Of a DNA stretch of 64,000 nucleotides, positions 26,052 through 40,519 are shown piece after piece. Both the position numbers and the translations under genes were made by a program. Where the stretch lies: NCBI GenBank assembly GCA_964016885.1, contig OZ024762.1, positions 5,456,001-5,520,000 on the forward strand, given 5' to 3'. Below the pieces are notes generated by a model. It had not been told where the DNA came from. It saw only the letters and a program-made list of their open reading frames with translations, and did no database searches. Source of the DNA: Eledone cirrhosa (lineage: Eukaryota). Every line of letters starts with the position of its first letter. The stretch's first letter is position 1.

Positions 26052-27099
26052 CTGAACCTACATATGTGTATGCTTCAGCAACAACAACATGATAGGACTG
26101 GGATCCCTATCATTAAAATACCCAAGAATCCTCCCTTGAGGCCAGCTAAACCTATATAGGTATAAGTTACATTTTTCATTTTTCCCTGCTGTTGGAACCC
26201 ATTTTAAGTTGAGTAGACTGGGGCAAAGTGACATGTAGGGATACAGTGTATCTTTTCCGGGCGAATCATCCTGGTCTTGCACAGTGGTGGAATTTCATTA
26301 TGGTGGATATTGTTATTGTTGGAGCTGTTGAATGTGGCACCATAGTCAGTAACAGTGGAGGAGGTGGTGGTGGTGGAGGTGGTGGTGAGGAGATAGGCTG
26401 ATATTGGTGGTGGGAGAGGTGGTAATAGTTATGGTGAGGAGTGTGACATAACAGTGATGGAGGTGAGAAGTGGAAATAGTGATGGTGGCAGGGGACAGAG
26501 ATGTTGGGGATGGGGTGAATTAAGGGTGTGTGTGTGTGTTGCTTAAGGCAGGGAATGTATGTGTGTGTGTGTGTGTGGTAAGGTGTAGTTTGTGAGGGAG
26601 TGGCAGGTAGAGTTGCAATTTAGTGTTGCAACTATTTGTCACTGTGAGTCATTTAACATTGTATACTGCACACACACATATATATATATACACACACACA
26701 CACATATATATATACACGCACACACATATATATACACACACACATATATATATATACACACACACACATATATATATATATACACACACACACATATATA
26801 TATATACACACACACACATATATATATACACACACACATATATATATATACATACACACATGCATGCCCATAATACACACACATGTATATATATATATAT
26901 ATACACAGGCAGATTCACACATATACACAAATATACCTACATGTTTACTTCACATGCATACCTATGCACACACACACACACACACACGTTTACCTACACA
27001 CACACACCAACATACACACATCATGAAATGTATCATCGTTTGGGGCAGGGTGCAAGAGGTGAGTCCCTCTTTTCTATCCTGGGACTTGTTTAGAACAAA

Positions 27100-28080
27100 G
27101 TGGTAGTGGTGGTGGTTGTAGTAGTGGTGGTTATGGTGGTGGTGGTTGTAGTTATGGTGGTGGTGGTTATGGCGGTGGTGGTTGTAGTAGTGGTGGTTAT
27201 GGTGATGGTGGTTGTAGTAGTGGTGGTTGTAGTAGTGGTGGTTGTAGTAGTGGTGGTTGTAGTAGTGGTGGTTATAGTGGTGGTGGTTATGGCGGTGGTG
27301 GTTGTAGTAGTGGTGGTTATGGTTGAGGTGATAGTGGTGGTGGTTGTAGTAGTGGAAGTGATAGTGGCGGTGGTTATGGTGGTGGTGGTTGTAGTAGTGG
27401 TGGTTATGGTGATGGTGGTTGTAGTAGTGGTGGTTATGGTTGAGGTGATAGTGGTGGTGGTTGTAGTAGTGGAAGTGATAGTGGCGGTGGTTATGGTGGT
27501 GGTGGTTGTAGTAGTGGTGGTTATGGTGATGGTGGTTGTAGTAGTGGTGGTTATGGTTGAGGTGATAGTGGTGGTGGTTGTAGTAGTGGAAGTGATAGTG
27601 GCGGTGGTTATGGTGGTGGTGGTTGTAGTAGTGGTGGTTATGGTGATGGTGGTTGTAGTAGTGGTGGTTATGGTTGAGGTGATAGTGGTGGGGGTTGTAG
27701 TGGTGGAAGTGATAGTGGCGGTGGTTATGGTGGTGGTGGTTGTAGTAGTGGTGGTTATGGTGATGGTGGTTGTAGTAGTGGTGGTTATGGTTGAGGTGAT
27801 AGTGGTGGTGGTTGTAGTAGTGGAAGTGATAGTGGCGGTGGTTATGGTGGTGGTGGTTGTAGTAGTGGTGGTGGTTGTAGTAGTGGTGGTTATAGTAGCG
27901 GTGGTTATAGTGATGGTGGTGGTTGTGGTTTTGGTAGTGGTAGTGGTGGTGGTTGTGGTGGTGGTAGTGGTTGAGGTGATAGTTATGGTGATAGGTAGTG
28001 GTGGAGGTGATAGTAGTGGTGGCTGTAGTAGTGGTGGTGGTGGTGGTTGTGGTAGTGGTGGAGGTGATAGTTGTGATGGT
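27100..28080. repeat. (GTG/GTA) compound repeat with 120-bp higher-order unit
   Basis: GGTTGAGGTGATAGTG recurs every 120 bp. Confidence 0.9.
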
Positions 28081-28789
28081 GGCAAGTCATTCATAAAAAA
28101 AAAACACATACAGACAGGCACACACTTGGACACAGACACACACAGACATAAATACATAGACACAGTCATACACACACAGACATACACCGTCAGACATAAA
28201 TACATAGACACAGACACACACAGACATACACCGTCAGACATAAATACATAGACACAGACACACACAGACATACACCGTCAGACATAAATACATAGACACA
28301 GACACACACAGACATACACCGTCAGACATAAATACATAGACACAGTCATGCACACAGACACAAACAGCTACACACATGCTCACTCACCTATGCACACACA
28401 CACACACCATCATAGTCATGCACATGCAGACAGTCCTCCCCTCTTTTAACCCCCCCCCCCCCCCCTCCATCACAGAACCTGACTCTTACTCTCCCCCTCC
28501 TCTCCCTATTCTAACCTAATCATTTTCTGCTGAGCTTGCAAAATTCCTCATTTCTTGCTACTACTACTACTACTACTACTGCTGCTACCGCCACCACCAC
28601 TATTGCTACTACAACTACTACTACCACCACCACTACTGATACCACCATTGCCACCACCACTCTACTACCACCACCACCATCACTAACCACCACCACCACC
28701 ACTAACACCACTACTAGGTATGTATGTAGCTACACTCTCCTCTCATTTCCAGTGGTTGTCTGTGATCAGTGTGGTGGGATCTTCTAGTA

Positions 28790-29321
28790 CACCACCACCA
28801 CTACCGCCACTACCACTGTACCGCCACCACCACTGTACCGCCACCACCACTACCGCCACTACCACTGTACCGCCACTACCACTGTACCGCCACTACCACT
28901 GTACCACCACCACCACTACCGCCACTACCACTGTACCGCCACTACCACTGTACCGCCACTACCACTGTACCACCACCACCACTACCGCCACTACCACTGT
29001 ACCGCCACTACCACTGTACCGCCACTACCACTGTACCACCACTACCACTGTACCACCACCACCACTGTACCGCCACCACCACTGTACCGCCACTACCACT
29101 GTACCGCCACTACCACTGTACCGCCACTACCACTGTACCACCACCACCACTGTACCGCCACCACCACTGTACCGCCACCACCACTGTACCGCCACTACCA
29201 CTGTACCACCACCACCACTACCGCCACTACCACTGTACCGCCACTACCACTGTACCACCACTACCACTGTACTACCACTTCTACTGGTGCTGCTGCTACT
29301 ACTACTACTATTACCACCACC

Positions 29322-29362
<41 letters not shown>

Positions 29363-29560
29363 TACTACTACCCCTACCACCACCACCACCATTACTACTA
29401 CTACCACCACCATTATTACTACTACCACCATTACTACTACTACCATCACTGCCACCACTACTACTACTATTACTACTGCCACCTCAACTACTACTACTAC
29501 TACTGCCACCACTAACACCACCATCACTCCCAAATCTTTCACCACCACCACCACCACCAC
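28790..29560. repeat. (CCA/CTA/CTGTA) compound repeat
   Basis: Direct inspection. Confidence 0.9.
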
Positions 29561-29764
29561 CTTGACTGCACCAGTTGCAACAGTTATTTGTAGGGATCAC
29601 ATTCCTAGACCTTCTACACAAAGTGCAGGACTGCTGCACCAGTTGCAACAGTTATTTGCAAGGCAGCATCTATGTGAATTAGAACAGGTCAATATACAAT
29701 AGTTCCCCCTTTCCTGTTGTTGTTACACTTGCACTTTTTTCTCTGCTGTATATATTTCTATAGC

Positions 29765-30245
29765 CGCATGGCTTAGTGGTTAGGGCATTGGGCTTGCAAT
29801 CGAAAGGTTGTGAGTTCAATTCTCAGACCGGGTGATGTGTTGTTTCCTTGAGCAAGACACTTTATTTCACATTGCTCCAGTTTACTCAGCTGTAGAAATG
29901 AGATGATAGGGACTGGGGTCCCTATCATTCCACTGCAAAGTGGTCGTGGAGGTGCCACGGGAAAAAAGCACCCAGCACTCACTGTAAATGAGGTTGGTGT
30001 TGGGAAGGGCATCCAGCTGTAGAAATCAAGCCAGTATCAGTTCCCGTCCCACCCTTGCAAGCAGGGAAATGCAGTGGAATGATAGGGACCCCAGTCCCTA
30101 TCATCTCATTTCTACAGCTGAGTAAACTGGAGCAATGTGAAATAAAGTGTCTTGCTCAAGGAAACAACACATCACCCGGTCCGAGAATTGAACTCACAAC
30201 CTTTCGATTTCAAGGCCAATGCTCTAACCACTAAGCCATGTGCCT
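29765..30245. mobile_element. SINE followed by an inverted copy of its own 5' 171 bp
   Basis: 29767-29937 is the reverse complement of 30070-30240 with few mismatches. Confidence 0.85.
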
Positions 30246-30675
30246 TCACATATATATGTTTTATATACACATGTACATAAAACCTGACAAATATTAACTG
30301 AATGAGCACTCAATACATGTGAACTGAGTGTAAGTTTTACTTTCCCAAAGACAATGCTAGCAGTGGCTTGAAGTTTCAGCAATAGTACCTCTTCAGGCAG
30401 GTTGTACACACACTCATACACACACACACACACACACACGTGTACACTCGCACACATCCACACACACATACTTACACCATGCATACTCTATACTGTTATG
30501 TATATTTTATATTGATCGAGGTTATAGAATGTCCACTTATCTTTGTGCGTGTAAAGGTGTATGTGTGTGTGCTGGTGTATGCATGTGTGTATGCAAGTGT
30601 GTTTGTGTGCAAATATGCGTGTGTGAGTATATATATATGTTAGTGTGTGTGCAAGTATGTATGTGTGGGTATGTA

Positions 30676-30707
<32 letters not shown>

Positions 30708-31324
30708 GTTAGTGTGTGTGTTTGTGTGCAAATATGTATGTGTGAGTGTATGTATATATGTGTGTGTGTGTATATATTATACACACACACGCGTATTTGT
30801 GTGTGTGCATGTGTGCGTGTTTAAAAATCTATTGCAGATAGATTTTGTTACGAGAAATAATCACTTGATATTGCTGTGAAATATAATATTAGTATTGTTG
30901 TTGTTGTTGTGGTGGTGGTGGTGTTGGTAGTATTGTTGTTGTGGTGGTGTCACTGTTCTTGTTGCTGTTGGTGGTTTTGTTGGTAGTGTTGTTGTTGTTG
31001 TTGTGGTGGTGGTGGTGTTGGTTGCAGTTTAAAAATACTTTATGCCTTAAGAATTTCGTTCGTGAAAGAAGGAAGGAAAGAAAGAAATTACCCTCTCCAC
31101 CATCACGCCACCACCACTACCACCATCATTACAACTCTACCACAACCCACCCACCCTCCCTCCCTTTATATCGTCTCCTCTTTATGTTACCTTACATGTA
31201 TTTACAATAATAAACATGGCTGTGTCTTCGGAATATTGTTACTGGATCTGCCACTGTCTGGTGAAACCTTCAAACTGAGACACAACATAATAATAGATGT
31301 GTCTTTATCTTGCATTAATATTAA

Positions 31325-31742
31325 TAATAATTGTTTCTACTTTTGGCACAAGGCCAGCAATAAACTACCAGTACATTACTGGTACTTTATTTTCTCGACC
31401 CCGTAAGGATGAATGGCAAAGTTAACCTCGGTGGGATTTATACTCAAAACGAAAAGAGCTGTAACTATATGCTACAAAGTATGTTGTCTGACGCTCTACC
31501 GATTCTGCCAATCTACTTAATAATGGTTTCTGATTTAGGTACAAGGCCAACAATTTCTGGGAGGAGGGGAGGGGGATGTCGATTAAATCAACCCTAGTGC
31601 ATTACTGGTACTTTATTTTATCGACCCCGTAAGGATGAAAGGCAAAGTTAACATCGGCGGGATTTGAACTTGGATCGTAAAGGGCCGAAACTCTAAGCTA
31701 CAAAGCATGACGTCCAACTCTCTACAGATACTGCCAATCCAC
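31325..31742 (-). mobile_element. Tandem pair of the second SINE family
   Basis: Two consecutive copies with the same central domain. Confidence 0.85.
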
Positions 31743-31987
31743 AGTGTATATAGTTTACTAAGTTCTAAGTTATGTCCTTCAAGGTTAATTAGTATAAGAA
31801 GTGTGCTATGTGTGTCATCATTTACCTTTGTTGTTGTTGATGATGATGATGATCATAATTTTGTTTATAGAATGAATCACCACTGGGGCTTCTTTCTTTC
31901 TTTATTACCTTTACTTGGTACCTCACCACACCACCATTGTGTGTATTGATATATGGATATACTATACACACACATATATATATAGTA

Positions 31988-32042
<55 letters not shown>

Positions 32043-32975
32043 AATACTTTCAATAGGCCTATAAAGCTTTTACAGCAGAATAAACATTCTAAAACAGATT
32101 TAATGTCCATACATCTATACTCAATTCTCTCCTCTTACCCTCACTCTTTATCTGAAGGTGTGTGTGTGTGAGGCGATTCAGCTTTATTTGCTGTTTACTC
32201 ACAACCAATTATTAATATTATACAATAACCATTATATAGACTAGCAGAAAAACCACTCAACGTGTGGTTTTCTGCTAGCATGTGTAGTGTGTATATTGAT
32301 ATTATACACAAATATATATGCATGTAAATATGATACATCAAATCAAATCGTAATTGACAATATATAAGACATAGAAATTGAACAAAGCCTATGTTACACT
32401 GTCTTCTGTAATCAGTAATCCATGATATATTAAAAAATGACATTATATATAAACTGCATCAGGAGAAAATTAGCGACGGAAATATATGCGATTATAAGTG
32501 TTATAATATAACGCTAACCGGAAGTGTTGACATTTGATAATTTTAAAGATTAAGCTATAAAATATATTTAATCAACAGCCACGAAATTTAGCACATAAAT
32601 TATGTAATATTCATTCATTATTTATTCAAAGTAGGGCGGTGAATTGGCAGTATCGGTAGAGGGTTGGATGCCATGCTTTGATGCATAGATGTTAACTTTG
32701 CCTTTCATCCTTACGGGGTCGATAAAATAAAGTACCAGTAATGCACTGGGTAATTACTGGCCTTGTGCCAAAAGTAGAAACTATTATTTATTCAAAGTAA
32801 TCCAACTTATTTTACAAACGGAGTAAAAAAATATATTCTGGAGGCAATCCTGCAGACCTTCCTTTATTATAGTTAAGATTTAGTTCTCCACATGGCCTTG
32901 TGGTTAGGGTGTTAGACTAATGATCATATGGTCAGGAGGTTCTTTTCATGATAGGACTGGGGCTCCCATCATTAA

Positions 32976-33128
32976 CCCTTTAGCATTCACATTACTCTAT
33001 ATATACTATTATATTTTCATGGTAAAGGCTTTACCTCACATAATATCGAATCTATGTTTGAGTGACCAGTTACAGCCAGTTTCAACAGAAAGAGGTAGAT
33101 AATTCTGGCCGGTTTGAACATTAAAGAG
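32976..33128 (+). mobile_element. piggyBac-like MITE, internally deleted
   Basis: TTAA flanks; splits CATTAA|AACACC of a repeat unit. Confidence 0.85.
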
Positions 33129-33510
33129 TTAAAACACCTGAGAAACTCTTGAGATACAACCATGTTGGAGGGCTGCTAAACCTACATAGGTGTAAGCTGT
33201 AACCACATGGTGGGACATTGGGGGCTCTATCATTGAAACACCCAAGAAACCTGAGATACAACTATGTTGGAGGCCTGCTAAACCTACATAGGTGTGAGCT
33301 ATAACAACATAGGACTGTCGCTTTTGATCAGTAAAACAGCCAAGAAACTTCCTATGAGATACAATCTTGTAGGAGGTCAACTAAACCTACATAGGTTTGA
33401 GCTGTAACAACATAATAGAACTAGGGCCCCTATCATTAAAACACCTAACAAACCTAAATATGAGATATAACCTTGTATGAGGCCAGCTAAGCCTACATAG
33501 GTATGAACTG
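33129..33510 (+). repeat. ~100-bp degenerate tandem array following a SINE head
   Basis: TTAAAACACC..GAAACC..TATGAGATACAACC..AGGCCAGCTAAACCTACATAGGTGTGAGCTGTAACAAC unit. Confidence 0.85.
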
Positions 33511-36037
33511 TGAATTTCATCCTTTCATTCCATTCCTATGTAATCTGTTTATCTCTTCTATAACGGAATACTCCTATGTTTTACTGGCAAAGATTCAAAA
33601 CCGAATCTGAGGTTTCTCACCTAAGGGACTAACCGTTATTGGAAAGTTCCCACCATTGTCTTGTCAATCAACGATGATAAACGTACATTCCACTTGACCT
33701 GTGACCCCAGCTTCTTGAGAGACAATGTCCACATGGCTGATCATAAATCAATCTCATATACACATCCTTCTAACTATAGCACTATTATAAATACAATGAC
33801 TTAAGGAACCCAGCGGAGAGACCCGAAGCAGCAGTCAGCGAGTGATTGCGATGTAGGCATTAGCAGACCTTTCACTCTTTCTCCTGGCCCTTACTGGCTG
33901 TCACCTTCTCTGCCACCGACACAGCCAGCCATGCCTGCCTGACAGATTGACCACTACTACTATGAGAATAATATATTCTAAGAATAGGCGCACACACACA
34001 CATAGTAAGTTCATATTGTTTACTTCTATGCTTCAACTATTCTATCGTCACTGTCATATTATATCCGTCACATCTTCTATGGGTTATTTTTCATTATTGG
34101 TATGGAGTCAATTTAATCAACTTCTCCCCATCAAATTGCTGGCCTTGTGCCAAAAGTAGAAACCAATTTTTTGTTGCACAGTTTGCGATCTGATTCCTTG
34201 ACCAGGAGTCACCCTGTGACCTTAATCAAGACATTTTATTTCACGTTGTTTCAGTCCACTCAACTAGCAAAAGTGAGTTGTACCTACAATTCAAGGGACC
34301 AACCAGCCTCGTCACACATTGTGTCTTGCTGAATCTCCCTGAGAATTATGTTAATGGTGCACATGTCTGTTAAATGCTCGGCCACTTACAGGTTAATTTC
34401 ACTAGCAGGCAGTTCTGTTGATTCTACATTTTCCACTCACAAACAGGGTCGGCCTTTCACCTGCTGAGACCCTAAGTGATACGAAATTTGAGGCCCTTCT
34501 AAAAAAAATTTAAAATAAATATTAAAATAAATATTATTTATCAACTTTATTAATGATTACAAAATTAAATTATGATAATGATAAATAATACATAATATAT
34601 ATATGCATATAATTTCTGATGTTGAAGAATAAAAATTAATGATAAAATATATTTAAAGCGTGTGTGGCTTTAAACTATAGCCTATAGGTAAGAGAAGTAC
34701 TGCTCACAAGGCATTGATGAACCCCAAGGTTATATGGGAGAAGACATCAGCCCCCACCAAGTGCCGCGTAGTGGGACTAAACCTGAAACCACATGCTCGC
34801 CAAACGACCTCCTTAACCATGCAGCCATTAAAAAAAAAGAACTAGTGTTTTAAGTTACTCATTGCATTATAACTTTAAATAATTGATATATAAAAAAAAG
34901 AATGAAACCGGCAGTTGTTTCTAAGAAGGGATATATTCACTTTTATTGATTGATTCAATGTTTCTTTCAAAAGGATAAACGGAAATAAGAGGGAGTCACG
35001 CTTTTGGGTCAGGAAAAAACCCGGAATTTAAATAGTTTCATTTTTTTTCCCCCCTCATATCTTTATAGAAATAAGTGTCCTTTGTCCCAAATGAATTACT
35101 TGTCTTTCGTGATATTTATATAAAATGTGACTTTATTCTTCTGTGACTCTGGATTAAAAAAAAAATACATACAAATAAGTTTCGTTTCTCCTTATTGGTT
35201 ATTTCATCATTTTCTCCCCAATCACAACTCTAAAAATATAACTGATTATTTCATTTAAATTTAATTTCGAAGACCCACACCAAACAAAATGTTCAAATCA
35301 CTTTTTTATTTCTATGGTGAACTGAAACTAACATCACTTTTAGCCAGGAAAAAATGATTTCAAATCACAATTTAAGTGGTTGCCTTCGGTCTTTTTTAAA
35401 ATTACCTTTTATATCTTTATAGAAATAAATTACTTTTGGGGAGATATTATTGAATTTTAAAAATGATATTTGTATAAAATATGATTGTTCCTCTCCTCTG
35501 GATTCTAAAAATACATTTCCTTCTATCTTACTGTTTATTTAATTATTTTCTTCTCAATCCTAACCCTAAACATTTAAATTGATTTTTGAAGAAAAGCCAT
35601 ATAAAATAAAATTTCAAATACATATTTTTCTATGGTGAATTGAACTAAAATTACACTTTTGGCAAGGTAAAAATATTTTTAAAAAATGTTTTCTTATATC
35701 TTTATAGATAAAATCAACTTTTTTTTAATCTATTTAATTTTAAAATGTGAATTTTTCTCCTTGACTAATTTCTAAAACTTAATGTAAATTAAATTTTTAA
35801 AATATCTCTCAGAGGAACACAGAACAGAACTAAATGAGATGATATTAAATTCGATTTAATCTGGCAAATGTCCGAATGAAATGAAAAAAAAACGGACAGA
35901 ATAGAGTGTTATTTCTTTTAAAAATCGATCTCTGCTTTTGTTATTTTAGAAAAAGGGGAAACGAGTTGTAGAGGTTTGTCTGTGTGTGTTTATGTATGTA
36001 TATGTACGTGTGTATGTTTTATATATATATATATATA

Positions 36038-36134
36038 TAGGGTGTCCAACAAAAATATATACACACTTTGATTACCTGTACAGGCAATATTAGAATGCTG
36101 TAGAAGTGTGTATACATTTTTTGGGGACACCCTG
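36038..36134. mobile_element. Tc1/mariner-type MITE
   Basis: AGGGTGTCC..AAAAAT.TATACACACTT inverted at both ends. Confidence 0.7.
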
Positions 36135-36428
36135 TGTGTGTGTATATATATATATATATGCGTATGTGAACAAATTCAGGACCCCGACGGCTAGCTCCGG
36201 CTGTCGGGATCCTGAATTTTTTTTATACCCACTCTACTACTCCAAGTATCGAGTACTCTGGTGAGTAATGGTCTGATTGGTTTTATTGCCTCCATTCTGA
36301 CATATAAAGTCCGTTAAGTTTCAAAAAGCCGGTACAGTGCAATGCAAAAAAATAAATAATAAAACTTTTTGTACTGGCTTTTCGAAACTTTTATTATATA
36401 TATCTCATAATGTTTCGTATTAACTATA

Positions 36429-36487
<59 letters not shown>

Positions 36488-36558
36488 GAAGTATTTCCGT
36501 AGGAAAGGTAAAGGAAAAGTGAGTGCTCTATGTAGGCTACAGAGCTTTTTAGTTATGT

Positions 36559-36670
36559 AATAAACAACAAGATAATTAATTCATTTACCAGTGGTCTGAC
36601 GACTGAAGACAGATATAAATGTCTTCAAGAAACCACTGGTAAATGAATTAATTATCTTATGTTGTTTATT
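36559..36670 (+). mobile_element. Fold-back hairpin enclosing a hammerhead-like core
   Basis: ~37-bp arms around CTGACGA-c-TGAAGACA-loop-TGTCTTCA-a-GAAA-CCACTGG-TA. Confidence 0.55.
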
Positions 36671-39185
36671 ATATATCTATATATATATATATATATACAC
36701 ACTTTTGTTTTGAATTTTGGGGACTCGAACCCTTTTGATGTGGGCTTTTTACTCTTTTTGATACCAAACTCAAACAGTAATGTTATACAATGTCCTTTAC
36801 AACATGTAGGAAAATACTTATTAAATATGATTGTTTGCTGGTGAGCTTTTTCATGGGCAACTTGATCAATTTACCGCGTGTTTAGAGACACAAAATATAC
36901 GGTTATTTAACATATATTATCTGAAGACACCATGACCCGGTTTCAAGTGAAACACCTCACAAGTTCTTCGCTTTGCTTCATTTTTTTATGCCTTAAAAAA
37001 TAAATAAGAATATATATATATATTTAAAAATCACATAAGAATAAATGACAAACTTTATGTATAGAATTTGGTGTTTTACATTGAGATGAGGAATTGAGAA
37101 AAACAACGCTACATTTTCGTTTCGTGGCTTCATAAAAATTGAGACATAAGTCTCTTGTCTGACTTTATTAACTAATAACAACTTTAATAATGAACATCTT
37201 TAAATAAAATTTTTCTGCGATACACTACTAAATGATATTGATATCTTTGTTAAAATCACTTCTATTATTGTCTATAAGTTCTGTTTACTTAATAATTGTT
37301 TCTACTTTTGGCACAAGGCCAGCAATTATTCCAGTGTATTTACTGGTACTTTATTTTATCGACCCCGTAAGGATGAAAGGCAAAGTTAACCTCGGCGGGA
37401 TTTGAACTCAGACCATAAAGGGCCGTAACTCTTTGCTGCAAAACATGGCGTCCGACCGTCTACCGATGTCGTATATGTTAGGAAGCAAAATGTTTCTCAT
37501 CGCGTTCGAGATTTAATTTACCAATGAAGAAAATTTCGTAGATTTTTAATAATAGTGGAACGTAAATACCATTTCTCCAAATATAAATTGCAAAAATGTC
37601 CCCTAAAAAGAAAAAAAAATTAATCGGTCTAGTTGTTATTATTTAGCCCTAGGCTAGGCCCTGGTTACTTACTTTGACGCTAAACCCCGCCAGTTGTAAA
37701 CTGCGCATCAACATGGGGTATTTTTCTCCACAAAGTTTGGTCACCAACAGCAGAGTTTAAAGAGCAAAGATCAAATCCAGTCCATAGGTTGACATTATCA
37801 AGTTGAACCATACTTATTCTCAAAGACATTTCCTTCCATTCTAACCAGCACAGTCGATCAGGGAGCTACAACTGTCCATTGTGTTGTTTATTATTATTAA
37901 TATTTGGTGGGTGAGTGGAGTGGAAGACCGGGCTGCTACTTCTAGCATGCTGAACGACCATATAGAGGAGAGTGGGTTGAGTCAGATAGAATTTAGACCG
38001 TTTGTTTTGACAGCCGCATCAAGACATGTTTTAAGCTTCTAGTTAAGACAGAGACAGCCAGAGAGAAGCTCACTGTGTGTAAACATAAACAAGCTCATTG
38101 TGTGTGTGTGTATATATATATATACATACATATACACACATATAAAAACGTCTTTACATATATGCACACCTATGTATGTGTGTGTGTCCTTGCCTCTGTC
38201 CCATAAACTCACACAGACACGGACAAATAATATTTCCACGTGTAAATTGCTGAAGTTTAAATGTTTGGATGTTCTTGAATGAATTTCTTCAATGGAGGGA
38301 CCACTTACGTTAAAATTACTTTTCATGTCCAAGCTGCTTTTCAAAAGATCTTACGTATGTTTATTATATTGCTTTCTTTGATATTTTATTTTTAAAGAAA
38401 GGGTTAATATTTATTTTACAATTACATTTAACTCGCGTTGAAGGTAAAAATATGTTTCTCGTATATTTTTCTTCTGTATTTTGAACGAACATGGCTTTCA
38501 AACGGTCAGAAAATATTGGGTTTTTTGGGGTGTTTTTTTTTTTTTTTCTTAGTTCACAAGAGAAAGGGTTCCGATGGGTTTAAGGATAAGATTTGTTCAA
38601 GACATCAAACACAATAATAGAAAATATAATTTTGAGCTTTCAACATGAAACGGGTGTAATTGTAAAAAATTACCTTTAAGAGTTGTTTCTGATTTTTTTT
38701 TTTTTTCATGTTCGTTTGTTTGTTTCTTGTGTGTATCTCTTTAGATTTTTTAAAGTTCCGTGGGTTTGTCAGATCTATACCAATAGTTTTACCATAGATA
38801 AAATGTCTAAATTAGCCAAATTTTACTGTAAAAGAGAGGTGCTTTTGTTGTTAATTTACGTTTAATTAATAGAAAACCCCTGTGATATAGAGGTTCCAAT
38901 ACTCAAGTTATGGGCTTAATATTAGGGTGTCTTAATATTATTGAAATTTTGTGAATAGGCATCATATCTTGTCATTTACCTATGGTTTAAATTTCATATA
39001 GATCGAAGGGAAAAAACTTTCAGCGGGGGGTTTGTGCCCCCGGGGAACTCTTTGATTGAAATGAAATATACTTATCGAAGTACCCTGGACAATGTAGTTT
39101 CAGAATATATATGGTTATGGGGGTCTATCTTCAAAACCATAGGAGGAGTTCGTGAACAAACAAACAGATAGGAACTATAACTTTA

Positions 39186-39330
39186 TATATATAGATAGAA
39201 ATGGCTTCTACAGGAGTAGAACTGTTTCATTCGACGGAAATCATCAGGAAAGCCGACAGTCGGCTTTCCTGATGATTTCCTTCGAATGAAACAGTTCTAG
39301 TCCCGTAGAAGTCATTTCTATCTATATATA
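39186..39330. mobile_element. ~72-bp-arm palindrome with degenerate CTGATGA..GAAAC motif in each arm
   Basis: Centred at 39258 and flanked by (TA)n. Single-arm relative at 54008-54056. Confidence 0.55.
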
Positions 39331-39742
39331 CTCTGCTATGTATCGAGTACCTGACTGTGGTTACCCCCGATTGAACACATATATATATATACGAGCCGAA
39401 GTACCCGCGCCTTGCTGCGTTTCACACATTTCTTTTTGATTTTAAATCAGTGATATAGTTTATGGAGAAAAACTCTGCATTTCAATATTACTCAATGTAA
39501 AATGTAATGCATGAAAAATTGGAAAACATTATTTTTTGTAATATATCAAATCAAAATTACATTATTAAATCTTATTCTTATTTTGCTGCTTGTAAATAAT
39601 TTTTTTCAAAATATCAATTCAAAACTTGATCATTTCATTTTTGTGTAAAGCGCATGCCTGTTTGGGAGTGAAGGAAGCACCAATCACAACAGTCTTGCCA
39701 ACAGCCATACGGACAGTTTGTATGTATATATATATATATATG

Positions 39743-39789
<47 letters not shown>

Positions 39790-40519
39790 TATGTATACGT
39801 ACATACATATATGTATGCAGATGTACAGTAGTATGTATATATATATACATACATGCACACATATATATATATATGTACGTATGGATTCACCAAACATTTA
39901 TTATAATGCTCGGTGAATCCATACGTACATATATATATGTGTGCATGTATGTATTTATATATACATACTACTGTACGTCTGTATACATATATGTATGTAC
40001 GTATACATACATATATATATGTATATATGCAGCCATGACATTGTCACCTGTCCCCCGTTCTGTACACTGATGTTGAATATACTTCAGTTGTATAATCGAA
40101 ACGTATCCATGCTGGTGGCAGATTGTGTAATGTAGAAATTTCAGTATTCTTCCTATTTCTACATCCATTGAGAATGAAGTCTTCCTATTAGAAAATCAGT
40201 TATGTTTGACTATTGTTTTTGTTTTTCCAGCATCCCCCAGGTTGCCAATCAAAACTCAGTGGGTTTATAGTAAGTTTTTTAACGTTAATCTCTGTTGCAA
40301 GACCGCTACTTCTTAAGCTTAGATCTAGATGATGAACAAACTATGGTGTTGGAGAACCTGAACACTCACAATGACAAAGATAAATTCACCTCCTGTATCA
40401 GGGTGAACATGCAAGCCCTCCTCTTTATATCAGACATGGAAGCCCAAGACCAACATAATTCCGTCTCCCACACCCCTGCCTGTGCCCCCATCCCATCCCA
40501 TCCCTTCCTCCCTCCCAGC

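Noticed and set aside
35040-35720. Degenerate ~300-350-bp duplication
   Set aside because: An old AT-rich tandem duplication with no further signal.
36921-36960. CTGAAGA...GAAAC hammerhead-like spacing
   Set aside because: No convincing stems I, II or III.
38803-38838. Alternative first exon MSKLAKFYCKRE|gtgctt
   Set aside because: Phase-compatible with exon D, but the donor is weak and there is no homology; not supportable without RNA data.
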